Part shown: in pieces, positions 48,425-56,870 of the stretch
Layout of the letters: each line of letters opens with the position of its first letter
Numbering within the stretch: the stretch's first letter is position 1
From: Armatimonadota bacterium
GTDB taxonomy: Bacteria > Armatimonadota > HRBIN16
Direction of reading: 5' to 3'
Assembly (NCBI GenBank): GCA_963677485.1
Contig: OY781964.1
Location: forward strand, 288,001-352,000
DNA: 64,000 nt
The notes under the pieces: generated by a model
Told to the model about the DNA's origin: nothing
What the model saw: only the letters and a program-made list of their open reading frames with translations
Database searches by the model: none
Position numbers and translations under genes: made by a program

Positions 48425-48745
48425 ATCCTGCTGACAGCCGGACCATTCGCGTTCATTCGTGGTTAATAGAACCAACACGCCGTTCCTGCTCCCGACAAAT
48501 ATCTTTCATGGCTATCCGCCAGACCGGCGCGGTCTTGTGCCTTCTGCAACTGCTAGCTCTCTGCTAGACCGCCCCGGACTTAGGCCACGCTTGACCGCCC
48601 CGGACTTAGGTAACGCTTGATCTGTGCTGCCCGATGCCTGCTGACAGCCGAACCATTCGCGTCCATCCGTGTCCATTCGTGGTTTAAAGAACCAACACAG
48701 GTGTGATTGACTTCTGATCTGTGTAATCTGCGTCATCTGTGGATT
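48425..48745. repeat. Intergenic repeat mosaic related to 39.76-40.32 kb
   Basis: GGCTATCCGCCAGACCGGCGCGGTCTT...AGACCGCCCCGGAC (end duplicated), two CCTGCTGACAGCCG(G/A)ACCATTCGCGT...CGTGGTT copies and ATCTGTGTAATCTGCGTCATCTGTGGAT. Confidence 0.85.
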
Positions 48746-48869
48746 GACTCACCAACACCAGCCCGGCAATTATACCGCTATTTCATTTAGGGGTACAATA
48801 TTCTGGGGACGTTGCGCCCTGGAAGTTCACACAAATACGTAAAGCAGTATTCTAAGGAGATATCAACGC

Positions 48870-49634
48870 ATGGATACCAAAAGAGTCCTATCGCAGGTAG
48901 TGGAACTCTCCCACTGGCTGGGTGAAGAGCCGCGCGAACTAGCGATTATGGGCGAAGGCAACACTTCCGCACTCAGTGAAGACGGCAGCTTCTTCTACGT
49001 GAAGGCCAGCGGCACTCGCCTGATGGACATCCCGGAAGATGGTTTCGTGAAAGTTGACCTCGCGAAAGCGCTCGATTTCCTGAAAAACGGCGAAGACAGC
49101 GATACCGCCACCCAGCAGGCTCTAAAGGACTGCCGCGTTGAGGCCACCGAAAAGCGGATGCCCTCTGTAGAGACCTTCCTGCACGCGTATCTGCTTTCCC
49201 TGCCAAAGATCAACTTCGTAGGCCACACCCATGCCACTTATGTGAACATGCTGACCTGCTGCGTCGACGCTGAGAAGCTGATTGCTGGACGACTATTCCC
49301 AGATGAGATCGTATGTTGCGGCGTCGCCCCGCTGTGGGTTCCCTACACCGATCCGGGCCTTCCCCTTGCCCGTGAGCTGGCCGCCCGCTGCGACGTCTAC
49401 ATCGACAAATATAACACAGCCCCTCGCGTCATCCTCATGCAGAACCACGGCATGATCTGCTCCTCCGACAGCGTATCTGGAGTGCAGAGTGCCACCGCCA
49501 TGTATCAAAAGACCGCCAAGGTAATCCTCGGCGCCGTCTCACTGGGCGGACTGCGCTTCATGAGTGAAGAAAATGTGAACCGGATTTACACACGACCCGA
49601 CGAAGCCTACCGCAAACAAGTCATCACGGGTTAA
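48870..49634 (+). CDS. Class II aldolase/adducin family protein
   Basis: GEGNTS, VKASG, PSVETFLH, GHTH, YTDPGLPLA and LMQNHG. Confidence 0.9.
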   Translation: MDTKRVLSQVVELSHWLGEEPRELAIMGEGNTSALSEDGSFFYVKASGTRLMDIPEDGFVKVDLAKALDFLKNGEDSDTATQQALKDCRVEATEKRMPSVETFLHAYLLSLPKINFVGHTHATYVNMLTCCVDAEKLIAGRLFPDEIVCCGVAPLWVPYTDPGLPLARELAARCDVYIDKYNTAPRVILMQNHGMICSSDSVSGVQSATAMYQKTAKVILGAVSLGGLRFMSEENVNRIYTRPDEAYRKQVITG

Positions 49635-49653
49635 TTGACTAAGGAGTGGATGA

Positions 49654-51372
49654 ATGTCTCAAAAACTAGATACCTATGTGAAGGCTCAAGGCCAGCTACC
49701 GGCCACCTGCCTTCAATGGCGGCTCTACGGCGCCGGTCTTGAGAATTTCGGCATCAATGCCCAGCCAGAGGAGATCGCTCTGCCCGAGCCAGCCGATGAC
49801 CAACTGCTGCTCCGCACCGACTCAATTGGCATCTGCTTCTCTGACGTCAAAGTCGTCAAGCAGGGTAATGAGCACGCTCGCCTGGTCGGACGTGACATGA
49901 AGACCAATCCCGTGGTGCTTGGCCACGAGGCGCACGTCACCGTGGCCAAAGTCGGCAAGAACCTGGCCGCCCGATACAAAGTCGGTGAGCGGTTCATCGT
50001 GCAGGCCGATGTCTTCTATAAAGGCGTCTCCATGGCCTACGGCTATGTGCTTCACGGCGCCATGACCCAGTATGGCCTGGTCGGCAAAGAAATTACCGAC
50101 GGCGACGACGGCAGTTACCTGCTGCCCGTGAAAGACAGCACCGGATATGTGGAAGCCGCTTTAGTGGAGCCCTGGGCCTGCGTGGTCGATAGTTATGACC
50201 AGCATCGCCGCACCGGCATCAAGGATCATGGCACCGCATTAGTGGTCGTGGCCGATGATGCCGATGGTTACACCCTTGGCAGTTTGGCCACCGGCCCACA
50301 CCCCGCCGTGCCATCCCAAATCGTGGCCGTGAACCTGAAGGGATCCCTTTACAACCAAGCACTCAACGCTGGCTTAAACATCATCAAAGTGGTTGATCTA
50401 GCCGCTGCGAAGGCATTTTTACCTAAGGGTGCAGACGACGTGATCGCCATAGGTAATCTGTCCGAAGAGGTCGTTGAAGGGGCTGCCGCACTGCTCGGTG
50501 TTAAGGGCCTGATGTGGGTCGCCCGCACCCAGCCTTTCACTCGTAACCTGAGCCTGGACCTTGGCCGTATCCACTACGATCAGCTCTGGTTCACGGGCAC
50601 ATTCGGCACAGACATCAGCAAAGCGGCCCAGCCGGCTCTGCGCAGCGACTTCCAGGCAGGCTCCAAGATCTGGCTGGTCGGCGCAGGCGGCCCAATGGGT
50701 CAGATGCACCTGCAGCGCGCAGTTCAGATGAGCAACCCGCCATCCGTGATCGTGGCCAGCGATGTGGACGATGTTCGTATGGAATACGCCCGAAACCGCT
50801 ACGCCAAGATCGCTGCTGATGCCGGTGTGAAACTCGTCTTCCTGAACCCGAAGACACTCGGTAACGAGGCTTTCGCCGAGGCGCTCAACGCCGCGACGGA
50901 CGGAGCCGGCTTTGACTACATCTCCTGCATGGTGCCAGTCGCACCGATCGTCAGCGACAGCTTCAAGAGCATGGGCAAGTGCAGCGTGATGAACCTGTTT
51001 GCAGGCCTGGGCCGAGGCACGATGGGAAATGTGGACTACAACCTGGTTTGCGGACAGGGCGCCCGCCTGTTTGGTTCCAGCGGCAGCAGCATCGACAGCA
51101 TCAGCAAGACATTGAACCTGATGGAAAGCGGAGAGCTGAAGACCCGCGCCAGTCTGGCCGCCATCGGCGGTATGACCTCGATGTGGGAGGGTTTGAAAGC
51201 CGTCATGGAGAACAAGTTCTCCGGCAAGACGGTGATCATTCCCAACATCGAGCTGCCATTGATGTCCGTTCAGGAGATCAAAGAAAAGCTGCCCACCGTC
51301 TACGCCAAGCTGGAAGACGGCAAGTTCTGGACAGTCGAAGCAGAGCAAGAACTGCTGGAGCTGAAACTCTAG
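49654..51372 (+). CDS. Zinc-binding (MDR) dehydrogenase, L-sorbose-1-phosphate reductase (SorE)-like, extended
   Basis: RLYG, SIGICFSD, VLGHE, ALVEPWACV, GAGGPMG, FGSSGS and GKTVI; 572 aa with a central insertion. Confidence 0.8.
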   Translation: MSQKLDTYVKAQGQLPATCLQWRLYGAGLENFGINAQPEEIALPEPADDQLLLRTDSIGICFSDVKVVKQGNEHARLVGRDMKTNPVVLGHEAHVTVAKVGKNLAARYKVGERFIVQADVFYKGVSMAYGYVLHGAMTQYGLVGKEITDGDDGSYLLPVKDSTGYVEAALVEPWACVVDSYDQHRRTGIKDHGTALVVVADDADGYTLGSLATGPHPAVPSQIVAVNLKGSLYNQALNAGLNIIKVVDLAAAKAFLPKGADDVIAIGNLSEEVVEGAAALLGVKGLMWVARTQPFTRNLSLDLGRIHYDQLWFTGTFGTDISKAAQPALRSDFQAGSKIWLVGAGGPMGQMHLQRAVQMSNPPSVIVASDVDDVRMEYARNRYAKIAADAGVKLVFLNPKTLGNEAFAEALNAATDGAGFDYISCMVPVAPIVSDSFKSMGKCSVMNLFAGLGRGTMGNVDYNLVCGQGARLFGSSGSSIDSISKTLNLMESGELKTRASLAAIGGMTSMWEGLKAVMENKFSGKTVIIPNIELPLMSVQEIKEKLPTVYAKLEDGKFWTVEAEQELLELKL

Positions 51373-51485
51373 AATCAACAAGCAAGACTCATACGCCGAC
51401 CGGTAAACGGTCGGCGTAGTTATATCACCCGTTCAAGTAGCGATACCTGAGCATATACGAACAGACTCACAGGAGCAGACATACG

Positions 51486-52280
51486 ATGATTTGTAACAGA
51501 TTAGCCGGTCAGGTGGCCATTGTCACCGGCGCGGCGCAAGGGCTTGGCGAAGCCATCGCCTACCGATTGGCAGCAGAAGGCTGTCTCGGCGTCACTATCG
51601 CCGATATGCAGCAAGATAAGGCGCAGATCGTGGCCGATAAACTGGTCGCCGATTATCCCAACTGTAAATCGCTGGCCGTCGCGGTCGATGTGACCAAACC
51701 AGAGCAGGTCGCTGAGATGGTCAAAGCCACCACCGATGCATTCGGTAAGCTGGACATCATGGTCTCCAACGCCGGCATCTTGATTGCTGGCGACATCCTT
51801 GATTTCGACCCGGCCAAGTGGGCCAAAGTGGTGGAAGTCAACCTGATGGGCTACATGCACTGCGCTCAAGCGGCGGCCAAAGTGATGGAGCCAAACAAGA
51901 GCGGTGTGATCATTCAGATCAACAGCAAGTCCGGGCTGAAGGGCTCCTTCCGAAGCAGCGCCTACGCGGCCAGCAAGTTCGGCGGCATCGGCCTGACCCA
52001 GTCCATCGCGATGGACCTGGCACCATACGGCATCCGCGTGCTCTCCATCTGCCCTGGCAACCTGCTGGACGGTACCCTTTGGAGCGAGAGCCTGTTTGTG
52101 CAGTATGCCGAGAAGTGGGGACTGACGGTGGACGAAGTGCGCAAGAAATACACCGACCAGGTTCCGCTGGGCCGCGGCTGCACCTACGAGGATGTCACCA
52201 ACATGGTGTCCTTCTTGGCCAGCGATGAAGCCAGCTACATGACCGGTGAGGCGATCCGCGTCGCCGGCGGGCAACTGTAG
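51486..52280 (+). CDS. srlD: Sorbitol-6-phosphate dehydrogenase (SDR)
   Basis: TGAAQGLG, IQINSKSG, YAASKFGGIGLTQS, CPGNLLD and YTDQVPLGRGCTYEDV, matching SrlD signatures. Confidence 0.85.
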   Translation: MICNRLAGQVAIVTGAAQGLGEAIAYRLAAEGCLGVTIADMQQDKAQIVADKLVADYPNCKSLAVAVDVTKPEQVAEMVKATTDAFGKLDIMVSNAGILIAGDILDFDPAKWAKVVEVNLMGYMHCAQAAAKVMEPNKSGVIIQINSKSGLKGSFRSSAYAASKFGGIGLTQSIAMDLAPYGIRVLSICPGNLLDGTLWSESLFVQYAEKWGLTVDEVRKKYTDQVPLGRGCTYEDVTNMVSFLASDEASYMTGEAIRVAGGQL

Positions 52281-52294
52281 GGTTAGCGATTCAT

Positions 52295-52338
52295 ATGCCC
52301 GTTGCGGCTGATGCTGCAACGGGCATTTTACGTTTTAG
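52295..52338 (+). terminator. Intrinsic terminator of the aldolase-sorE-like-srlD operon
   Basis: ATGCCCGTTGCGGC-TGAT-GCTGCAACGGGCAT-TTTACGTTTT. Confidence 0.8.
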
Positions 52339-52411
52339 GGGAATGGGACGGATGGGACGGATTGGGCGGATCGGACCAATTAAACACATCGGTCCAATCC
52401 GTCCGATGATC

Positions 52412-53656
52412 CTACCAGTTGGTCTCCGGAGTCGCCGGATCATCATCGGACGTTTGCAAATCGGCGTCCTCTTCGTAGTTCTGCACCACATCCTCGGCGA
52501 TCAGGTTGACCTCAGCATTATAAAGCCGCCGGAAGTCCCATGCGTTGATCCAGGAGCGGATATACCGCCTCATGCCGACGCTGGGCAGCACCTCGGGACG
52601 CTGCGAAAGCTCGGGAGCCTCCCACGAGTAGGCCTCGCTGTATAAAGCACGCACGCATCGGTAGATGTCATCCACCTGCTCGCCAGTATACGGTCGGATA
52701 GGGTTACCCATGCGCATGATCAGCTCCATACCCTTTTGAGCCAAAGGTACCACCGCGGCGTCACGGCTGACTGCCAGCTTGACAGGTATCTTCTCCAGGT
52801 CATTGCGCTTGACCAGTATCTGCCCCGCGTAGTCCGTGGTGATCGTCAGCACCGATCCCATACCGAATATCTGGCTGCCATATCCCAGTAAATGTGCCAG
52901 GTGGGCATATGCTTGAGCGCGCTGACGCAAGCTATACCGCGAGATGATCTCACCTTCATCCAGAAGAATCAACCAGCCTGAATACCCCGCAGAGCGGAAG
53001 AACCTGGAGAGGAACTCAAACCGCTGGAGCTCCTGGGCTTTCACCTGTGCGCGAACCCTAACACCCGGATGGCCCATATCACGCAGTGCATTGCGAATCT
53101 CGGCCACCTTCATCGGATAGCCGGTCCATTCGTTCACGATCTGCTGCCGAACCTCTTCGTCGGTAGTATTCACGAATATCTGCAGCGTCTGTGCATACCG
53201 TGGGTCAATCCCCTGGGTTATGTTCACCCACTCCTGCAGTTCGTCGAAGTATGGAGCACGGTCGCTGTGGTAGGTGTGGGCGATCTCGGTCAGAGCGGGG
53301 CCGACTTTACCGCTCACGATGGCGGATTCCACGCAGGTTCGATACACCTTCTTGAGGTCGTTAAGTGGAGTCTCCTTGTTCAGCACAATACTCGACACCA
53401 CGAACTTCCGTTCGAGGGCAGCATGGCGGAAATACTCCAGCCAGTGGGACTTGCCGGTGCCAAAATCGCCTTCCAGCAGCAGACCCTGAGGGAGCGTGCC
53501 CGTTTCCCATACACTTCCCAACCCAGCGAGCAACTGATCGAATGATTCCAAAAGGTCGCTTTGCAGCGGTGGCAACTGCCTGACCACATCACGGTTAGGC
53601 ACACCAGCACGCAACGCCTCGATGGCCCTGCGTTTTTCAATCAATGGGTCAGACAT
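52412..53656 (-). CDS. BrxD-like (DUF2791) P-loop ATPase
   Basis: RAIEALRAGVP, Walker A EGDFGTGKSH, KETPL...VYR, and GYSGWLILLDEGE Walker B. Start ATG 53656 behind AAGGAG. Confidence 0.85.
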   Translation of the reverse strand: MSDPLIEKRRAIEALRAGVPNRDVVRQLPPLQSDLLESFDQLLAGLGSVWETGTLPQGLLLEGDFGTGKSHWLEYFRHAALERKFVVSSIVLNKETPLNDLKKVYRTCVESAIVSGKVGPALTEIAHTYHSDRAPYFDELQEWVNITQGIDPRYAQTLQIFVNTTDEEVRQQIVNEWTGYPMKVAEIRNALRDMGHPGVRVRAQVKAQELQRFEFLSRFFRSAGYSGWLILLDEGEIISRYSLRQRAQAYAHLAHLLGYGSQIFGMGSVLTITTDYAGQILVKRNDLEKIPVKLAVSRDAAVVPLAQKGMELIMRMGNPIRPYTGEQVDDIYRCVRALYSEAYSWEAPELSQRPEVLPSVGMRRYIRSWINAWDFRRLYNAEVNLIAEDVVQNYEEDADLQTSDDDPATPETNW

Positions 53657-53666
53657 GAGTATCTCC

Positions 53667-54620
53667 TTATCCAGCACTCTGCACCAAGCTCACCATGGCA
53701 TTCAACGGATTGTCGCGAGAGAGATCATGAACCTCGTTCACTAAGCGCATTTTCAACGCCGCGTAGATATCCATGCTCAGTTTTGGGTGGCTGATAAACT
53801 CCGGCCCTACCACAGCCACCAGCAGCATGTGTGATAGTTCATCGGTGTCGTCGATAAAAGCCCTCAGCATCTCATAACTGTCCAGCACCGAATTGCGTGT
53901 ATATCGCAAACCCGAGCCGAACTGGCTGTGATCCGTCAAAATGGCTTGCATGTCGAGTATCAACACTGTTCCCTTGTATCCCATGAAGAACTGCCAAGCA
54001 GAGAGCGATCGCAGAAGCAGGCGCGCGTTATGTCGTCCGATGCGCTGGAATATCTGCAGCCTCTTCAACTCAGTCAGGCTCACGGGCTCGCCCTGCAGCC
54101 ATTGGATGATGAGCTCCGATTCGGCCGCTGCCACGCTCTGTGAATCGACCGCGGCGTAACACAATAACGCCATTGCGGTACGAAACTCCCTGCACAGCTT
54201 GTAGTTGCGCAGCACCCAGTGCGTGATCAGGCGTTTTATCTCGTTCAGCAGGTCTGAACGCGACCGACCGTTCCACTCCGCGATGCCATCCACGTCGTCG
54301 AGGGCCTGGCCCACTTCAATGTGAATCCCGTGCGCTGCCAGCAGAATGCGCAGATAGCAGTCGATGTCACCGCGCCAGTCCACCTGACGAGCGATCGCGA
54401 AGAAAACCTCTTGCACCAGATGAGCCTTGGTGACAGCGGCATCGACTTGTGCGATGAATAACTGTCTGTCATGAGCTGCACTGGCGACGGCCGACTTCAC
54501 ATACTCCGCATCTTCAGCCGACACAACTGCCACCTTCACAGCGGCACCACCCTGCGGTATATACTCCGTGAGATACTCGCGGTCCAGATGCGTTAACCAC
54601 TCCGACACGCTGATACTCAT
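53667..54620 (-). CDS. BrxD-like (DUF2791) paralog with degenerate Walker motifs
   Basis: REYLTEYIPQGGAAVK, IQWLQGE, IGRHNARLLLRSL, GYKGTVLILD, YEMLRAFIDD and YAALKMRL; no GxxGxGK[ST]. Confidence 0.75.
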   Translation of the reverse strand: MSISVSEWLTHLDREYLTEYIPQGGAAVKVAVVSAEDAEYVKSAVASAAHDRQLFIAQVDAAVTKAHLVQEVFFAIARQVDWRGDIDCYLRILLAAHGIHIEVGQALDDVDGIAEWNGRSRSDLLNEIKRLITHWVLRNYKLCREFRTAMALLCYAAVDSQSVAAAESELIIQWLQGEPVSLTELKRLQIFQRIGRHNARLLLRSLSAWQFFMGYKGTVLILDMQAILTDHSQFGSGLRYTRNSVLDSYEMLRAFIDDTDELSHMLLVAVVGPEFISHPKLSMDIYAALKMRLVNEVHDLSRDNPLNAMVSLVQSAG

Positions 54621-54631
54621 ACCAGGCCTCC

Positions 54632-55417
54632 TTATCGTTTAGCCGGTGTGAACTTGATGGCCACATACTCTTTTTCGAGTCCATCTCGGGTTACGAAGAG
54701 CAGTTTTTTCACTCCACGCTCACGTGACGAGCTGCTGGCGGGCAGGCTCATGTGGAACCCATCTTTAGTGAGGGTCTTCTCAGCCTGCTCTAGGAAATAG
54801 ATATCACGCGTAAAGTCCAGCAGGGCGTAGTCCTTGTTTGCTCCCGGTAGAAGGGTCAGCACTTCGTAGATTTTGATCAAAGGTAGGTCGATGTATTCGT
54901 CCCTCACCTTGCCTGGCATCGCCCGCAACAGTTTATAAGCATCGAAAAGCGTCTCGATGAAGCGGTCAGGGTTGGTTTTCGGGTCCTTAGCTTGCAACTT
55001 CTTTAACTGGGCCGCTAATACTTCAGCACGGATACCATAGTCCAACCGTTTGTCGATACGTACCGCGGGCATCTCCGGCTCGCGGCGGATCAACACAGGA
55101 TAGCAGAAGATGATACCGTCACGCTCATACATCGTGACCCCAGCCGCCTCCGCGGCAGCCTTCAGCTCAGGTATGAAATCGCCATTTGGCTGCATGTAGC
55201 TTGAAGCATCAAACGTGAACTCAGGACACTCTTCGGCGCGTAGCTGGAGGCACTCGGTGGCGGTAACCGCCGCTTGACGCAGCTTTTCGATGTCGCGCAG
55301 ATTGCCGATGGCCACCGCTGTCTGCAATTTATGTAATGCCGCGGTGGCCTTCTTGGCTTGATCGAGCCATCCCGATAACTGCTTTCCGTATTCGTCCAAC
55401 TGTTGACTTAACGTCAT
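54632..55417 (-). CDS. Hypothetical protein (N-terminal coiled coil, C-terminal winged-helix-like region)
   Basis: Host-like codon use, RBS GGGAGA, first gene of a tight three-gene operon; LIKIYEVLTLLPG...DFTRDIYFL segment. Confidence 0.75.
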   Translation of the reverse strand: MTLSQQLDEYGKQLSGWLDQAKKATAALHKLQTAVAIGNLRDIEKLRQAAVTATECLQLRAEECPEFTFDASSYMQPNGDFIPELKAAAEAAGVTMYERDGIIFCYPVLIRREPEMPAVRIDKRLDYGIRAEVLAAQLKKLQAKDPKTNPDRFIETLFDAYKLLRAMPGKVRDEYIDLPLIKIYEVLTLLPGANKDYALLDFTRDIYFLEQAEKTLTKDGFHMSLPASSSSRERGVKKLLFVTRDGLEKEYVAIKFTPAKR

Positions 55418-55573
55418 TTGGTTCTCCCGTCGTGTTATATTTCAGGCAACAAGCGTTCTCATGCCAGTGCCATATGTTACTTATGATCCGTTAATATCTT
55501 AGCTGATTTGTGCTCCAACGTCTACGGAAGGGAATCGGACGGATGCGACGGATCGGACCGATGACCCATTTGC

Positions 55574-55627
55574 CGTATCAGCTCCTGCATCACCAGACCG
55601 TTGGCGGTGAGCTGCTTGCGGTTGCGG
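55574..55627 (-). pseudogene. Remnant 3' end of a paralog of the 55932..56870 hydrolase
   Basis: Near-copy of 55951-56004; encodes RNRKQLTANGLVMQELIR versus RNRKELTANGLVMQELIR in the intact gene. Confidence 0.7.
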
Positions 55628-55702
55628 GATGATTGACACAGTCCATTCTCCATACATATCTGCAGAGTCAGTACATCGTCGATTCCGCGACATAAATGTC
55701 TC

Positions 55703-55810
55703 GGCTATTGGTCATCAAGCCTGCTGAAGCAGTCTGGGTGCAGCATCAGACGCACACTTACAGGGCGAAGCCCTGCAGCCTGCTTCAGCAGGCTTGGCCG
55801 GTCAATAGCC
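55703..55810. repeat. Long inverted-repeat (REP-like) element
   Basis: GGCTATTG...CAAGCCTGCTGAAGCAG...CAGGGCGAAGCCCTG...CTGCTTCAGCAGGCTTG...CAATAGCC. Confidence 0.75.
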
Positions 55811-55931
55811 ATGTGCTTTAGCACGTGGTATGGCTGACTGTGCTAACTCCACTGCACCGCGCGGCTGATTAATAGCGGCCGGATTTGACGGATCGGACCA
55901 ATCGCGCTTAATGCGATATCGCCACCCCACC

Positions 55932-56870
55932 CTACCGCATGCCAGAACCTCGTATCAGCTCCTGCATCACCAGCCCGTTGGCGGTCAACTCCTTGCGGTT
56001 GCGGAACAGCCCGTAATCTACACCCTCGGCGGTGATGGCGTAGTGAACGCAGAAGCACTTCACGCGCGCTGCGATCAGCGCCAGGGAGGCCTGCTTCAGC
56101 AGCCTGCTGTCGGCATTACGGATCGCACCATACTCCGTCACCACCACATCACGACCCTCCAGCCCATACCGATTCATGGTCTGCCGCAACTGCTTTATGG
56201 CCAGCGGGATCTGCTCAGGCGGATTGTACGGGTGATACCCCACTCCATCCAGCCAACGCCGACTGGCACACACCTCCAGCGCCTTCGGGAACCAGTAGAG
56301 CGCGCTGTAGCTCTTCATCTCATCCTCATGCCACTCAGCGGCCAGACCACCGCTGATCACCGGTATGTTCGGGCTCTCCGCTTTCAACATCTGGATGGCG
56401 GGGTCGAGAATCCGCCGACCGAACTCCGCGGCTCTGACGGTCCATGGATCGATGTTGTCCATCCAAAAGTCGTAAGTGTCAGGCTCGTTCCATATCTCCC
56501 ATGCTGCGATTTCCGCCAGGTGGCCATAACGTCTGGCCACCTGACGAAGGTATTCGCTCCACAGCTCTGGTTTGTCAGGCGCCATTTTACTGCTGTGACG
56601 GGAGTTGCTCCAGGCAGGTGACCCATACAAGCAGACGATCAGTCGGTGCCTATCCTGCTTAGCTGTGTTGACGGCTGCATCCGGCTCCGACCAGTCATAC
56701 CGGCCTGGCTGAGATTCGATCACCGACCAATGCCACATGTCACGGACGGCAATCTGCCGTCCCGCAGCCATCTGTTGCATCAGCGGAGCGTTGTCCACGT
56801 AGGCGTTCTGCCCATCACCATAGTTATGGCTCTGGGCATGAATGCCTATCAATGGCAGGTTGAGCCTCAT
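55932..56870 (-). CDS. Clan GH-A glycoside hydrolase (GH5/GH39-like)
   Basis: WSVIESQPGRYDW, SPAW, WEIWNEPD (acid/base), GYHPY and VTEYG (nucleophile). Confidence 0.85.
   Translation of the reverse strand: MRLNLPLIGIHAQSHNYGDGQNAYVDNAPLMQQMAAGRQIAVRDMWHWSVIESQPGRYDWSEPDAAVNTAKQDRHRLIVCLYGSPAWSNSRHSSKMAPDKPELWSEYLRQVARRYGHLAEIAAWEIWNEPDTYDFWMDNIDPWTVRAAEFGRRILDPAIQMLKAESPNIPVISGGLAAEWHEDEMKSYSALYWFPKALEVCASRRWLDGVGYHPYNPPEQIPLAIKQLRQTMNRYGLEGRDVVVTEYGAIRNADSRLLKQASLALIAARVKCFCVHYAITAEGVDYGLFRNRKELTANGLVMQELIRGSGMR

Noticed and set aside
52412-55417. Complete BREX system
   Set aside because: No pglX, pglZ, brxC/pglY or brxHI in or near the operon.
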